From the NCBI RefSeq assembly GCF_938045205.1, contig NZ_CALIMY010000138.1, positions 8,619 through 72,618 of the forward strand: DNA of 64,000 nucleotides, in the 5' to 3' direction. The notes under the pieces are model-generated. The model was not told the origin of the DNA, did not search any database, and saw only the letters and a program-made list of their open reading frames with translations. This document shows, in pieces, positions 1-12,546 of the stretch. Origin of the DNA: an uncultured Campylobacter sp. (GTDB taxonomy: Bacteria; Campylobacterota; Campylobacteria; Campylobacterales; Campylobacteraceae). Every line of letters begins with the position of its first letter. The first letter of the stretch is position 1. Both the position numbers and the translations under genes were made by a program.

Positions 1-77
1 TCTGCGTGAGCTAAATTATGACTCACGGCAAAAGCGCAGTCGCCGCAGATGCTATTTTAAGCTTTCAGCGTTAAATT

Positions 78-665
78 TTACTCAAACGCCTTGTAGTGCG
101 CCTCGTCGGCGAATTCTAACATCTCGCGATCGCCCCTGCTGTCGCCGTAAGCGATGACACGATCGAAAGCCTGCACGTCGTATGCTGCGCGCACGCGAGC
201 GACCTTTTGCGCGCCGTAGCAGTTCTGCCCCTCGATCTCGCCCGTGATGATGCCTCCTTTGCGCCGTATTTTGGTGCCTAAAAGCTCCAAGCCCTGCGCA
301 TCGCACCACGGACGCAGCCAGTCTTCGAGCGAGGCGGTGACGATGACAACCCTATCGCCCGCGGCTTTATAGCTTGCGATCTTATCCATCGCGCTTTGTT
401 TTAGGATATCTTCGATGTGAGTGGTGGAGTATTTTTTGCAAATTTTATCGAATTTATCGGCGCTCATACCCGCAAAAAAGTAGCCTAGAAGCTTTCTGCG
501 CGTAAAATTATTGCTCGCAAGGCCTAGCTTATATGCCGCTAAAATGGGCGATAGCACCAAAATCCCGCGAAAAAATTTCTTAAATCCGACTACGTAGGCG
601 ACGAACTCGAGCAGGGAATCATCGCGCGTGATCGTGCCGTCAAAGTCGAATAAAACAAGATTCAT
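78..665 (-). CDS. HAD-superfamily (IB, phosphoserine-phosphatase-like) hydrolase
   Basis: From ORF 78..680. It has an N-terminal DxDGT motif (LFDFDGTITRDDS), a VTASLEDW segment and a C-terminal GDSRGDREML motif. The ATG at 665 is preceded by AGGAG, so I prefer it over the TTG at 680. Confidence 0.8.
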   Translation of the reverse strand: MNLVLFDFDGTITRDDSLLEFVAYVVGFKKFFRGILVLSPILAAYKLGLASNNFTRRKLLGYFFAGMSADKFDKICKKYSTTHIEDILKQSAMDKIASYKAAGDRVVIVTASLEDWLRPWCDAQGLELLGTKIRRKGGIITGEIEGQNCYGAQKVARVRAAYDVQAFDRVIAYGDSRGDREMLEFADEAHYKAFE

Positions 666-712
666 TACCTCTCCTAGCAAAATTTTAGAAGCGTAAATTT
701 TAAAATTTGCCT

Positions 713-750
713 ATAAAAAAGGCGTGAAATTTAAAGCTAAATTTCACGCC
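713..750 (-). terminator. Rho-independent terminator after typA
   Basis: A perfect 12-bp stem, GGCGTGAAATTT/AAATTTCACGCC (721-750), has a 6-nt loop. On the minus strand it is followed by a T6 run (715-720). It lies between the typA stop and the next gene. Confidence 0.55.
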
Positions 751-776
751 GAATTTTAAAATTTCATTTTGAAATT

Positions 777-2579
777 CTATTTTTTAGCCATTCGTCTGCG
801 CGTCGTAGGGTCCAGGTATCGCTTGCGCACGCGGATATTTACTGGCGTAACCTCCACAAGCTCGTCCTCCTCGATCCACTCCAGCGCACGCTCTAAATTT
901 AGCGCACGAGGCGGCACGAGCTTGATCGCATCGTCGCTACCGCTCGCGCGGACGTTGGTTAAATTTTTACCCTTGATTGGATTGACGTCCAGATCGTTCG
1001 GACGGCTGTGCTCGCCGATGATCATACCCAGATAAACCTTTGCCTGCGGAGCGATAAAAAGCACGCCGCGATCTTGCAGGTTCCACAGGCTGTATCCTAG
1101 CGCCACTCCGTTTTCCATACTCACGAGCGCGCCGTTTTGTCGCTTCTCGACCGCGCCGATGAAAGGGCGGAATTCCAAAAAGCTATGGTTCATCACCCCT
1201 TCGCCTCGAGTATCGGTCAAAAACTGCGAGCGAAAGCCGATAAGACCGCGCGCCGGGATCTCAAACTCCATACGCGTCTGCCCGTCGCCGGTAGGGTTCA
1301 TCACCTTCATCTCGGCCTTTTTGCGACCGAGCTTTTCGATGACGGTACCGGTGCAATCATCGGGCGCGTCGATAACTAGATGCTCGAAAGGTTCGCATTT
1401 GATGCCGTCGATCTCTTTAATGATGACTTCCGGGCGCCCGAGGCAAAACTCAAAACCCTCGCGGCGCATATTTTCAGCCAAAATCGTGATCTGCAGCTCG
1501 CCGCGGCCGCTTACTTTAAATTTACCCTCGCCCGCGTTTTCATAGCGCATCGCGATGTTAGTTTTCATCTCCGCTTCCAAGCGCTCGTCGATCTTGTTTG
1601 AGGTTACAAATTTACCCTCTGTGCCAGCTAGCGGTCCGTCATTTACGCTGAAAATTACGCTAAGGGTGGGCTCTTCGATATGTAGCGCATCAAGCGGAAT
1701 CGGATTATTGGGATCGACGATGCTGTCGCCTACGTCAAGTGCGTCAAAGCCCGCAATCGCCACGATGTCGCCCGTGCCCGCCGCATCAATGTCAGCGCGC
1801 TCAAGCCCGCTAAAGCCGATGAGTTTTGAAATTCTACCGTTGATGTGCGTGCCGTCGGCTTTAGCTAGCATAACGCTTTGGTTTTTGTTTATCGTACCGT
1901 TAAAAATTCTAGCGATACCGATTTTGCCTACGTAGTTGTCGTAATCGAGCGTGAAAACCTGCAGCTGCAGCGGATTGTCGTCGCTACCGCTCGGAGTAGG
2001 GACGTGAGAGATGATCGTCTCAAAAAGCGGCTTCATATCGGCGCTTTCGTCGCTTAGATCGTATTTTGCGTAGCCGTTTTTAGCGGCGGCGTAGATGACG
2101 GGGAACTCAAGCTGCTCGTCGTTTGCATCAAGCGCTACGAAAAGATCGAAAATTTCATTTACCACGCGGTCCGGATCGGCTGCGGGCTTGTCGATTTTAT
2201 TTACGACTACGATAGGTCTGAGCCCTAAAGATAGTGCCTTTTTTACGACAAATTTTGTCTGCGGCATGACGCCTTCTTGCGCATCGACGAGTAAAAGCAC
2301 GCCGTCTACCATCTTTAGCACGCGCTCGACCTCGCCGCCGAAATCGGCGTGGCCCGGAGTGTCAATTATGTTGATTTTAACGCCGCCGTAGTGGATGGCG
2401 GTATTTTTGGATAGTATCGTAATGCCTCGCTCACGCTCGATGTCGTTGCTATCCATCACGCGCTCGCCGACTTCTTGGTGATTACCAAACGTGCCGGACT
2501 GTTTTAAAAGCTCATCTACGATAGTGGTCTTGCCGTGATCGACGTGCGCGATAACCGCAATATTTCTGATATTTTCCAA
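777..2579 (-). CDS. typA: Translational GTPase TypA/BipA
   Basis: 600 aa. It carries the G motifs [17 protein letters not shown] and NKID, and its overall length and layout are those of BipA. Confidence 0.96.
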   Translation of the reverse strand: MENIRNIAVIAHVDHGKTTIVDELLKQSGTFGNHQEVGERVMDSNDIERERGITILSKNTAIHYGGVKINIIDTPGHADFGGEVERVLKMVDGVLLLVDAQEGVMPQTKFVVKKALSLGLRPIVVVNKIDKPAADPDRVVNEIFDLFVALDANDEQLEFPVIYAAAKNGYAKYDLSDESADMKPLFETIISHVPTPSGSDDNPLQLQVFTLDYDNYVGKIGIARIFNGTINKNQSVMLAKADGTHINGRISKLIGFSGLERADIDAAGTGDIVAIAGFDALDVGDSIVDPNNPIPLDALHIEEPTLSVIFSVNDGPLAGTEGKFVTSNKIDERLEAEMKTNIAMRYENAGEGKFKVSGRGELQITILAENMRREGFEFCLGRPEVIIKEIDGIKCEPFEHLVIDAPDDCTGTVIEKLGRKKAEMKVMNPTGDGQTRMEFEIPARGLIGFRSQFLTDTRGEGVMNHSFLEFRPFIGAVEKRQNGALVSMENGVALGYSLWNLQDRGVLFIAPQAKVYLGMIIGEHSRPNDLDVNPIKGKNLTNVRASGSDDAIKLVPPRALNLERALEWIEEDELVEVTPVNIRVRKRYLDPTTRRRMAKK

Positions 2580-2643
2580 ATTTTTCTCCGTTTGCTATTT
2601 TAAAGGCTGACGATTATACTAAAAAAATTCTTAAGATAAAAAT

Positions 2644-3063
2644 TTACGAATACTCTTTGACTTCGCAGACAAAAAACTCATAAACGCGCTGTTGGATTAG
2701 TGCATCCTCGTCATCATCTCCGATCAGACGGCGCAGATGCGAAAAATCGATCTTTTTGATATATTTTTTGTTGTTTTTGATATCTCTGTCGATCTCTTTT
2801 AAAAGCGAGTCTAAATTTAGGCCTTTATAGGTCTTCGCCTTTAAGATATACTCTTTTACAATGGAAACTAGCACGCCGATGCGCTGTTCATCGCCCGGAT
2901 AAATTTCGCCCGCTATATCTTTGATCACGTCGTAGTCCTCGTCGGTCTGCTTCTTTTTGGCAAGTAGCATCGCGGCAAAAATTTTAGCTCTGAACTCGAT
3001 AGAGCGATGATGAGGGATAAAAACCTCGCGAAATACGGATAAAAGATGATTTTTAAAATTCAT
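2644..3063 (-). CDS. Hypothetical protein (139 aa, helical, charged)
   Basis: A clean ORF with a codon-like composition. I recognise no diagnostic motif. Confidence 0.55.
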   Translation of the reverse strand: MNFKNHLLSVFREVFIPHHRSIEFRAKIFAAMLLAKKKQTDEDYDVIKDIAGEIYPGDEQRIGVLVSIVKEYILKAKTYKGLNLDSLLKEIDRDIKNNKKYIKKIDFSHLRRLIGDDDEDALIQQRVYEFFVCEVKEYS

Positions 3064-3104
3064 TTATAACCTTACTTTAAGAAACATTTCCATATAATCC
3101 CGTT

Positions 3105-3213
3105 TGCCCTTTCTTAGACCTGTGCAATGCTTTTTTTAGGCACCGCTTCAGGGTAGGAATACAGCAGAGCACTTAGATCTCGCATGTGCCGCAGCCATCT
3201 GGGAAGGGGTTTT
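3105..3213 (+). ncRNA. ffs: Candidate signal recognition particle RNA (4.5S-like)
   Basis: TATAAT at 3093-3098 precedes the proposed 5' end. The terminal stem pairs CCCUUUCUUAGA (3107-3118) with UCUGGGAAGGGG (3198-3209) and is followed by UUUU. The apical CAGG-GUA-GGAA-UAC-AGCAG (3149-3167) matches the SRP domain IV pattern. UGUGCCG (3185-3191) matches the 3' arm of E. coli 4.5S RNA. The middle of the fold is asymmetric and unresolved. Confidence 0.5.
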
Positions 3214-4447
3214 ACAAATCGATCCTATTAAGTCCGAAATGCTCTTTGAAATCCTCGCAAACACTCTGAAAATCGACGCCTTCAATTTTCGGCTTAGCTT
3301 TGAAAAACTCTAACATCGAATTATACCCGCTAAGTAGCTCCTTGCTCTTTACGCCGTAGCTTATTGAAATTCCGGCCTCAAAAAACGCCGCGAGTTTGTC
3401 GCAATACTTAAGCGCCTTGCCGTCGATTGCGCGAAATTTGTCTTCATTAAACATCTTTAGGCTGCCTTCTGCAAATTTAGGCTCCTTGCCTAGCTCGAAG
3501 GTGCGGTTTTCAAACTCGTCTTTTATAAATTTACTGCCCTCTTTACGGATACCCAAAATATAACTAAAATCATCTCGCATATGTTCCGGCACAAAGGGTA
3601 AAATTTTATCGTCTATTAGCCGCATCTCATATTCGCTGATGATGTCGCTAAGGCCCTTGACGCCGTATTTTACGGGGCTAATAATGTCGCGAGTGAGGCT
3701 TTCGGGTAGATCGTGAAATAACGCGCAGAAAAAATTATACGCCGTGCGCGAGCGGCACGCACCAACTTCAAGCGAGAAAAAGTAGCTTAAAATCGCGACT
3801 ACCAGCATATGTCCCAGCACCGATGTCTCAGGAATGCGCGGCGTCTGAGCCCAGCGTTTTTGAAAACGAAGTCTGCCACTAAGATCAACTATGCGGGCAA
3901 GTTTTTTATTCATCACGATCTTTCGCACGCCGATTAGCTCATAATAATCCTCGAGCTCCTCCTCGACCTTGGATTTTAGCTCCTCGATATCGTTTAAAAA
4001 CTGGCTAGTTTGATATACGATATTAAATTCCCACCGCGTAGAAAGGTAGCTTGCCGCCTTTAAGATCACCGCTTCTTTCTTATGATCCTTGGAATTTAGA
4101 TATTTTTTAAATCGCTCGAAAAAGGCGCCGTTTTGAATAGGCAAAAGATCTCTTTCTAGGACGCTTAAGACCCATTCGTTGATCTTTTTTTTCTTGGTTT
4201 TTTGTATCTGATGAAAAACGTCCGGACGGATGTCGGTCACGACGATGCGCGCTAAAAACTCGAAAATCCCCGCTTCGATGACGTAGTTGATATCCACGTC
4301 GCGCTCAAAGCTAGCGATAAAATAAGCGATAATAAATTTATGCGCCTGCTTGTCGAGCTCGACTAAACTCACCATCTTTGGGTAATCATTCCAGCGACTA
4401 ATGCTTGCGGATTTAAAAATTTGTTCGACTAAATTTGAGCTTATCAT
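3212..4447 (-). CDS. HD-domain phosphohydrolase (YfbR-like 5'-deoxynucleotidase-type HD core with extra N-terminal domain)
   Basis: 411 aa. The motifs RWAQTPRIPETSVLGHML and FHDLPESLTRDIISPVK fit the H...HD...E..D..PVK pattern of YfbR-type HD hydrolases. Confidence 0.8.
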   Translation of the reverse strand: MISSNLVEQIFKSASISRWNDYPKMVSLVELDKQAHKFIIAYFIASFERDVDINYVIEAGIFEFLARIVVTDIRPDVFHQIQKTKKKKINEWVLSVLERDLLPIQNGAFFERFKKYLNSKDHKKEAVILKAASYLSTRWEFNIVYQTSQFLNDIEELKSKVEEELEDYYELIGVRKIVMNKKLARIVDLSGRLRFQKRWAQTPRIPETSVLGHMLVVAILSYFFSLEVGACRSRTAYNFFCALFHDLPESLTRDIISPVKYGVKGLSDIISEYEMRLIDDKILPFVPEHMRDDFSYILGIRKEGSKFIKDEFENRTFELGKEPKFAEGSLKMFNEDKFRAIDGKALKYCDKLAAFFEAGISISYGVKSKELLSGYNSMLEFFKAKPKIEGVDFQSVCEDFKEHFGLNRIDL

Positions 4448-4824
4448 CGGTAAATTTGATCCGAGTTTATTTCGATTACGGTGTGGACGTTGCCGCGCGG
4501 ATTAAAATCGCCCCTGATTTTCATAAATTTAGGCTTTAACTTACTTTGCAGCGCGCCGTAAATTTCATTTATGCTATCTTCGTGGCTGATGTAGCGGTTC
4601 ATAAAGGAATTTATGTAAAGTTTGATAGCTTTAAGTTCGACTACTAGCTTATCGGGGATATATTCCAAATAGATCGTCGCAAAGTCCGGATAGCCAGAGC
4701 GTGGGCAGCGGCAGCAAAACTCGGGCAGGGTAATTTTTATCAGATAATCGCGCTTCTGTTTATTGGGCCAAACTTCTAAATTTTCAATGTTAAAATTTTT
4801 TATCTCCTCTTCGCCGTATCTCAC
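4444..4824 (-). CDS. queF: NADPH-dependent 7-cyano-7-deazaguanine (preQ0) reductase, type I
   Basis: 126 aa. It has the catalytic-Cys region CCRCPRSGYPDFA and the QueF motif VELKAIKLYINSF, followed by ISHED. Confidence 0.92.
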   Translation of the reverse strand: MRYGEEEIKNFNIENLEVWPNKQKRDYLIKITLPEFCCRCPRSGYPDFATIYLEYIPDKLVVELKAIKLYINSFMNRYISHEDSINEIYGALQSKLKPKFMKIRGDFNPRGNVHTVIEINSDQIYR

Positions 4825-6253
4825 TGCACTCTCCTTAAATTAGATATATCATTCGGTTTTTCGACGCAAAATCCCTGAATATAATCGATACCCATTTTAT
4901 AAAGTTGCATTTGAAATTCCTCTTTGTCGATGAAACGCATCACGGTTTCAACGCCCGATTTCGCGCAAGCTTCGTTAATGCCTATAAAGATATTTTTAAT
5001 CTTTTCATCGTCTAAATTTTTATTAAATTCTATATCATAAACTATAAAATCGACGTTTAGAAACTTTAAATACTCAAAGCTAGCGTTTGAGCCGCCAAAC
5101 TGCGACAGCGCGAAGCTAAATCCGAGTTCGCGGAATTTAATTAAAATTTCGTCAAAGCGCTTGATCTCCGGGTAGATGAGCTTTTCGTTAAACTCAAACA
5201 CAATCTTTTTCGGATCAATTAGATTATTATCAATGAGTTTTAAAATTTCATTGCGAAACTCGTTATTTCGCAGGGTCTGAGGCATGATCTCGATAAAAAT
5301 TTTAGCGTCAATATCCTTAAAATAGATGATTCTAGAAATTTGCCTCATCATTGAAATATCGTATTTAATATCGTAATGATTTAGAAGCAAAATATCTAAA
5401 ATTCTACTTTTCGTGATCTTTTCACCGCTCCGCAGATCAAGCTTCGGGATCAAATTTATATGAAATTTTACTCCGTTTTTATCTGCAACGCGCTGATATT
5501 TAAAGCTGAAATTTTCGCTATCGATCGCTTCCATAACGTCGGCGGAAAATACGTCGATTAATACCTTTTCTACGTCAATAGCCTTCTCGCCGTGCTCTTC
5601 GTCGTCCAGGTGATTTATCTTATAAAATAGCGCATTTACGATATTATGCAGATTGCGATCATAAGAGCTTGGAAGCATCGTAAATTCGCTTTTTATCTCT
5701 ACATTTTTGATCGTTTGACTTGAAATTTTATGCTCAAACATCCGCAAAATATGGCTTAAATTTGTAGCTTTTGATTCCACTCCGAATACGAAGTAGCCGT
5801 TTATAAAGCGACCGATCGGAAGGTCTTTAAAACCTTGCTCCGCCATAAAATTTGAAAGTTCCTTACAATACTCGTATAAAATTTCATCGCCGTTTTTATA
5901 ACCGTACCGATCATTTATGTCGATGATATTTTTAATTCGCAAAAGAACGATATTTATTTGACGATTTTTAGCTAAATCGTTACTTAAAATTTTCTCGATC
6001 TCCTCTCGCACAAATACGTGAGTAACGGGATCGATCAGAGTCTTTTGAAAGCCAAAGTAAATTTGATAGATGACATAATAAACATAGCAGATTAAAAGTA
6101 TTAAAAATAAAATTACGTCGTCAAATTTAAACTCGCCGTTTCGAAACAAAATAATTCCAAAAACAATCAAAACGCAGGTAAACGGCACCGAAATTTTAAG
6201 CGCCGTTATGAAGCGGTTTTCGCGCTCTTTGGTCTCACTAAATAGAACAGACA

Positions 6254-6254
<1 letters not shown>
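4821..6254 (-). CDS. Membrane protein with degenerate GGDEF-like and degenerate EAL-like domains
   Basis: 477 aa with two N-terminal TM helices. NDRYGYKNGDEIL resembles the GGDEF-domain start, but the GGDEF position reads NGYFVF. The EAL-domain landmarks are altered: EIM replaces EAL, SQFGGSNAS replaces DDFGTGYSS, and the terminal IQGF is retained. Confidence 0.75.
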
Positions 6255-8575
<2,321 letters not shown>

Positions 8576-9655
8576 TTAAATATTATTTATCGGCATGACG
8601 ACCGTTTTTAAGCCATCCACGCTAAGCACAAACGCCGTATCGGAGCTGTTAAAATCAAGCTCAAAAATTTCACTCTCGATATTACTTAAAAAATCAAGCA
8701 GAAAGCGATTTTTAACGCCAAAAACTATTTCTCCATTTATATCGATTGGCGCTTCGATTTCGGTCTTTGCCTCAGAATTATCCTCATTAATGCTCTCAAA
8801 AATCATTCCGTCCTTTTTAATGGTAACCTTCATCTCCTCGCACATCGCGTTTATCGCTCGCACGCCGCTTACCATCTTATCGCGTGGGATTAAAATTTTA
8901 TACGCCGTATCGCTTGGGATCACGCGCTCGTAGTTTGGAAATTTGCCGTTTATAAGTTTTGTAAAAAACTCAAAATTTTCACTAACTGCTAGCAACACGT
9001 TTTCGTCGTAGTAAATTTTAATTTTATCAGAAAATAACTTTTGAATTTCGCCTATTGCCTTTTTAGGGATTAAAATTTTAGTATCTAGCTCGCCCGCTTT
9101 TGATTGAGTTATTAGCTTATAAATGCTAAGTCGCTTCGTATCGGTTCCGACTAAATTTATAAAGCCCTCTTTTACGTCGATTAAAGCGCCATTAAGCTCA
9201 TATTTTGGATTGTTCGTATCAATCGATGGATATATTTTTTTAAGGCTTCTGCCTAAAATTCCTGCATTTACGTCAAAGCTGTTTTTACCATCTATCGTAG
9301 GGAAGCTTGGAAAATCCCTCGTCTCAAACATTGGAAGCTTGTACTTAGATTTTTTTTGCTTTACGAATAGCGCTCCGTTGACAGTTTCTAAAGTAACGCT
9401 ATCGTCGCTTAGACCTTTAATAACGCTAAGGAGCTTGCCTCCATTTGCTGTAGCTTCTCCATCTGTTTCTATTGAGATATTTTGTAGGTTATAGCTTAGT
9501 CCTATTTCATGATCGGTAGCTTTTATACTAAAAATTCCATCTTTTGCACTCATTAAAAGATGCGAAGTTATCGAGCTTAGATCTTTTTTATCAAGATAGG
9601 AGCTAGTATTTGAAACTATCTCTTCTAGAAGTTTTTTAGTGATTAACACTTTCAT
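8576..9655 (-). CDS. dnaN: DNA polymerase III beta sliding clamp
   Basis: 359 aa, positioned between dnaA and gyrB. Its length and periodicity are those of a three-domain clamp. Confidence 0.93.
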   Translation of the reverse strand: MKVLITKKLLEEIVSNTSSYLDKKDLSSITSHLLMSAKDGIFSIKATDHEIGLSYNLQNISIETDGEATANGGKLLSVIKGLSDDSVTLETVNGALFVKQKKSKYKLPMFETRDFPSFPTIDGKNSFDVNAGILGRSLKKIYPSIDTNNPKYELNGALIDVKEGFINLVGTDTKRLSIYKLITQSKAGELDTKILIPKKAIGEIQKLFSDKIKIYYDENVLLAVSENFEFFTKLINGKFPNYERVIPSDTAYKILIPRDKMVSGVRAINAMCEEMKVTIKKDGMIFESINEDNSEAKTEIEAPIDINGEIVFGVKNRFLLDFLSNIESEIFELDFNSSDTAFVLSVDGLKTVVMPINNI

Positions 9656-9811
9656 ATTTTTATCCTTTTAAATTTTTATCGTTGTAGTAGTTGGCAAGTG
9701 GTTTTTGTGAAAAACTTATCCTAAAGCTTGTCTTTAGGTAGTTTATCCAGTGAGTAGGTAACCTTGTTTTATTCACTTTCATTCACCCTTTTTGCTTTAT
9801 TTTCATAAAGT
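9656..9811. other. Candidate oriC module (dnaA-dnaN intergenic region)
   Basis: An AT-rich stretch (9656-9680) is followed by three same-orientation DnaA-box-like 9-mers: TTATCCAGT (9743-9751), TTATTCACT (9769-9777) and TCATTCACC (9779-9787). Confidence 0.6.
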
Positions 9812-11140
9812 CTAAATTTCATTCTTATCCTTTTTGGTTATTTTGTTTTTTAGTTCTTCGATCTTTATCTTTAACATCTCGTCGGTTTGAATGAGTTCGT
9901 TGATTTTTTTGATATTTTTGCTGATGGCGCTGTGATCTTTTAGATTAAAAAATGCGGCGATTTTAGGCATTGAGTTTTGAGTTAACTGTTTGGTTAAATA
10001 TATGCAAATTTGGCGCGCTTCGACGACGTTTTTAGCTCGCGTTTTGCTTTTTAGCTCGCTAGGTTTTACGTTTAGCTCTTTTGAAATGACTTCGATGACG
10101 TGCTCTAGGCTCACGCTTGAATATTTTTGATGGATCTGATCTTGAAGCGTACTTTTGGTAAATTCCAGCGTGATCTTTGTGCGAAGTATTGAGGAGTAGG
10201 CGTTTAGTTTGTTTATTGCGCCTTCGATTTCGCGGATATTGTCACCCATATTTGCAGCGATATATTCTACGACATCGTGTGAAATTCTAACGCGATTTTC
10301 CTCGCTCTTTTTATTGATAATGGCAATTTTAGTTTCGAGATCTGGCGGGGTAATGTTTGCTATTATGCCGCTTTCAAATCGCGTTGTGAGGCGACTTTCA
10401 AAGCCTTTTAGAAATTTTGGCGGCAGGTCGTTGGTTAGCACGATTTGGCAGTTTTTGTCTTTCAGCTCGTTAAACGTATAAAAAAGCTCCTCTTGAGCTT
10501 TATCGCGTCCGATTAAAAACTGAATGTCGTCGATAAGCAAAACGTCGCAGTTGCGGTATTTTTGTTTAAATTTATCGATTGAGTTGTTTTTGAGATTAAA
10601 GACGAAATCATTAGCAAACTGCTCGCTGGTAACGCAAATGACGGTCTTTCCCTTTTTGATGCAGTAATTTCCGATCGATTGAAGCAGGTGAGTTTTTCCT
10701 AGCCCGCTAGGCCCGTAGATAAAGAGCGGATTAAAGCGAATTCCGGGCTCTTTTGCGACGGATATCGAACATTCGAAGGCAAATTTATTTGAATCGCCGA
10801 TGATAAAATTTTCGAAGTTATAATTTTCGCTTAAAATCGTGCTCTTTGGCTTTTCCGAGATGATTTTTACCTTTTCTTTCGGCGAAATTTTAGCCTTTGA
10901 GGTGATTTTAACGATCACGTCATTAAGCCCGAACTGTTTTTTGATAAGCTCTTTTATTTTAGTGCCGTATTTTGTCTGAGCGTATTTAGCGATAAACTCG
11001 TTAGTTGCGTTGTATATGAAAAATTCTGGTGTCGAGTTTTTATCGTTAAATTTCAAATTTTTAATGTATCTAGAGTATTCGGTAGGCAAAATTTCCTTCT
11101 CTAGGTTTGATAAAATTTCTTGTGCTTGTGACGTCGCCAT
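9812..11140 (-). CDS. dnaA: Chromosomal replication initiator DnaA
   Basis: 442 aa. It has the Walker A motif GPSGLGKTHLL, the Walker B segment LLIDDIQFL, and a C-terminal DNA-binding domain (VVEARQICIYLTKQLT). Confidence 0.98.
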   Translation of the reverse strand: MATSQAQEILSNLEKEILPTEYSRYIKNLKFNDKNSTPEFFIYNATNEFIAKYAQTKYGTKIKELIKKQFGLNDVIVKITSKAKISPKEKVKIISEKPKSTILSENYNFENFIIGDSNKFAFECSISVAKEPGIRFNPLFIYGPSGLGKTHLLQSIGNYCIKKGKTVICVTSEQFANDFVFNLKNNSIDKFKQKYRNCDVLLIDDIQFLIGRDKAQEELFYTFNELKDKNCQIVLTNDLPPKFLKGFESRLTTRFESGIIANITPPDLETKIAIINKKSEENRVRISHDVVEYIAANMGDNIREIEGAINKLNAYSSILRTKITLEFTKSTLQDQIHQKYSSVSLEHVIEVISKELNVKPSELKSKTRAKNVVEARQICIYLTKQLTQNSMPKIAAFFNLKDHSAISKNIKKINELIQTDEMLKIKIEELKNKITKKDKNEI

Positions 11141-11206
11141 TGAATTCCCTTATAAATTAAGCCGCTATTTTAGCTAAATTTCACTAAATTTGCGGTAAAT
11201 TTCAGT

Positions 11207-11236
11207 TTATTCACCGGTGATTAAGCCGTGAATAAG
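11207..11236. promoter_or_regulatory. Inverted pair of DnaA-box-like sites in the dnaA/ruvC divergent promoter region
   Basis: TTATTCACC (11207-11215) and GTGAATAAG (11228-11236, which is the reverse complement of CTTATTCAC) face each other 12 nt apart, upstream of dnaA. Confidence 0.5.
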
Positions 11237-11250
11237 TGTGAAAGGTGGCT

Positions 11251-11730
11251 ATGAAAATTTTAGGAATTGATCCAGGAACTAGAAATTTAGGCTATGCGAT
11301 TTTGGAAAAAGATGTGAATAAAATCACTCTCATAGAGGCAGGACTTGTGAAAATGAAGGCCGAAAACGTGCAATTTCAAATGACGCAGATGAGTGAGGCG
11401 ATCGATCAAATTTTTAGCGCTCATAAGATTGATGAGGTCGCGATAGAATCGATGTTTTACGCCTATAATCCGCAGTCTGTTTTAAAGCTCGCTCAGTTTC
11501 GCGGCGCGCTGGCTCTTAAAATTTTACAAATTTTTGGAAATTTTGCCGAATATACGCCGCTTCAGGTAAAAAAATCGGTCACGGGCAAAGCAAAGGCAGC
11601 GAAGGAACAGGTCGCCTTCATGGTAAAGCGAATTTTGGGGATTAATAAGGAGATTAAGCCGCTTGATATCACCGATGCCATAGCTATTGCGCTTACGCAT
11701 GCAAATGTAATGCGGCTAGCGCCTAAATAG
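11251..11730 (+). CDS. ruvC: Holliday junction resolvase RuvC
   Basis: [18 protein letters not shown] is the canonical RuvC N-terminus. The ATG at 11251 is preferred over the GTG at 11245. Confidence 0.92.
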   Translation: MKILGIDPGTRNLGYAILEKDVNKITLIEAGLVKMKAENVQFQMTQMSEAIDQIFSAHKIDEVAIESMFYAYNPQSVLKLAQFRGALALKILQIFGNFAEYTPLQVKKSVTGKAKAAKEQVAFMVKRILGINKEIKPLDITDAIAIALTHANVMRLAPK

Positions 11731-11739
11731 GAGGGTTTT

Positions 11740-12546
11740 ATGAAAATTGCTATTTTGCAAATGGACGCGAAAATAGCTCAAAATTTCGCAGATTGTGAGC
11801 AAAATTTTATTCGCGCACGTGAGCTGATAGATCGTGCGTTAAAGCGCGGTGCGGACGTAGCGGTGCTGCCCGAGGCATTTAATATCAGCTTTAATACGGC
11901 TAAATTTAAAGAGCTTGCCGATACGAACGCTGCTTATACGAAAAAATTTTTAAGCGAAATTTCGCAAAACTGCGGCGCTGTTTTAATAGGCGGATCGATA
12001 AGCTCCGAGCGAGATAAAATTTACAATTCCGCTTTTATCTATCAAAACGGAGCCGAAATTTTACGCTACGACAAGATCCACGCTTTCTCACTCGCTCGCG
12101 AAAACGAGATCGTAAGCGGCGGCGATAGGTTGGGCCTTTGTGAGATTAAATTTAAAAATCGCGCAGTTAAAATCGGCGTCGCGGTCTGTTATGATCTGCG
12201 CTTTTGTGAAATTTTTCGCGCCTTGGCGCTTCGCGGCGCGCAGGTGGTTTTTGTAATCGCGCAGTTCGCGCAAAGCCGCATAGAACATTTTATCACGCTT
12301 GCGAAAGCCCGCGCGATCGAAAATCAAATTTTTATCTGCGCGGTAAATGGCTGCGGCGATACGGGGCAGAGCGAGAGTTTCGGCGGAAATTCCATGCTGA
12401 TTAGTCCCGGCGGCGAGATCGTCGCGCGCCTAGGCAAAAAAGAGGCCGTAAAGATTGCTCGGGCGGATTTAGATGAAATTTTAAAATTTCGCGCTAAAAT
12501 GGATATTCTAAAAGATATGAAACCTGAAATTTATAAGGAGTTTTGA
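11740..12546 (+). CDS. Carbon-nitrogen hydrolase (nitrilase superfamily)
   Basis: 268 aa. VAVLPEAFN supplies the catalytic Glu, and GVAVCYDLRF supplies the catalytic Cys in its usual context. Confidence 0.82.
   Translation: MKIAILQMDAKIAQNFADCEQNFIRARELIDRALKRGADVAVLPEAFNISFNTAKFKELADTNAAYTKKFLSEISQNCGAVLIGGSISSERDKIYNSAFIYQNGAEILRYDKIHAFSLARENEIVSGGDRLGLCEIKFKNRAVKIGVAVCYDLRFCEIFRALALRGAQVVFVIAQFAQSRIEHFITLAKARAIENQIFICAVNGCGDTGQSESFGGNSMLISPGGEIVARLGKKEAVKIARADLDEILKFRAKMDILKDMKPEIYKEF

Noticed and set aside
1137-2391. Several plus-strand ORFs of 73-128 aa.
   Set aside because: All are antisense to typA. They are low-complexity, Ser/Pro/Arg-rich and mutually overlapping.
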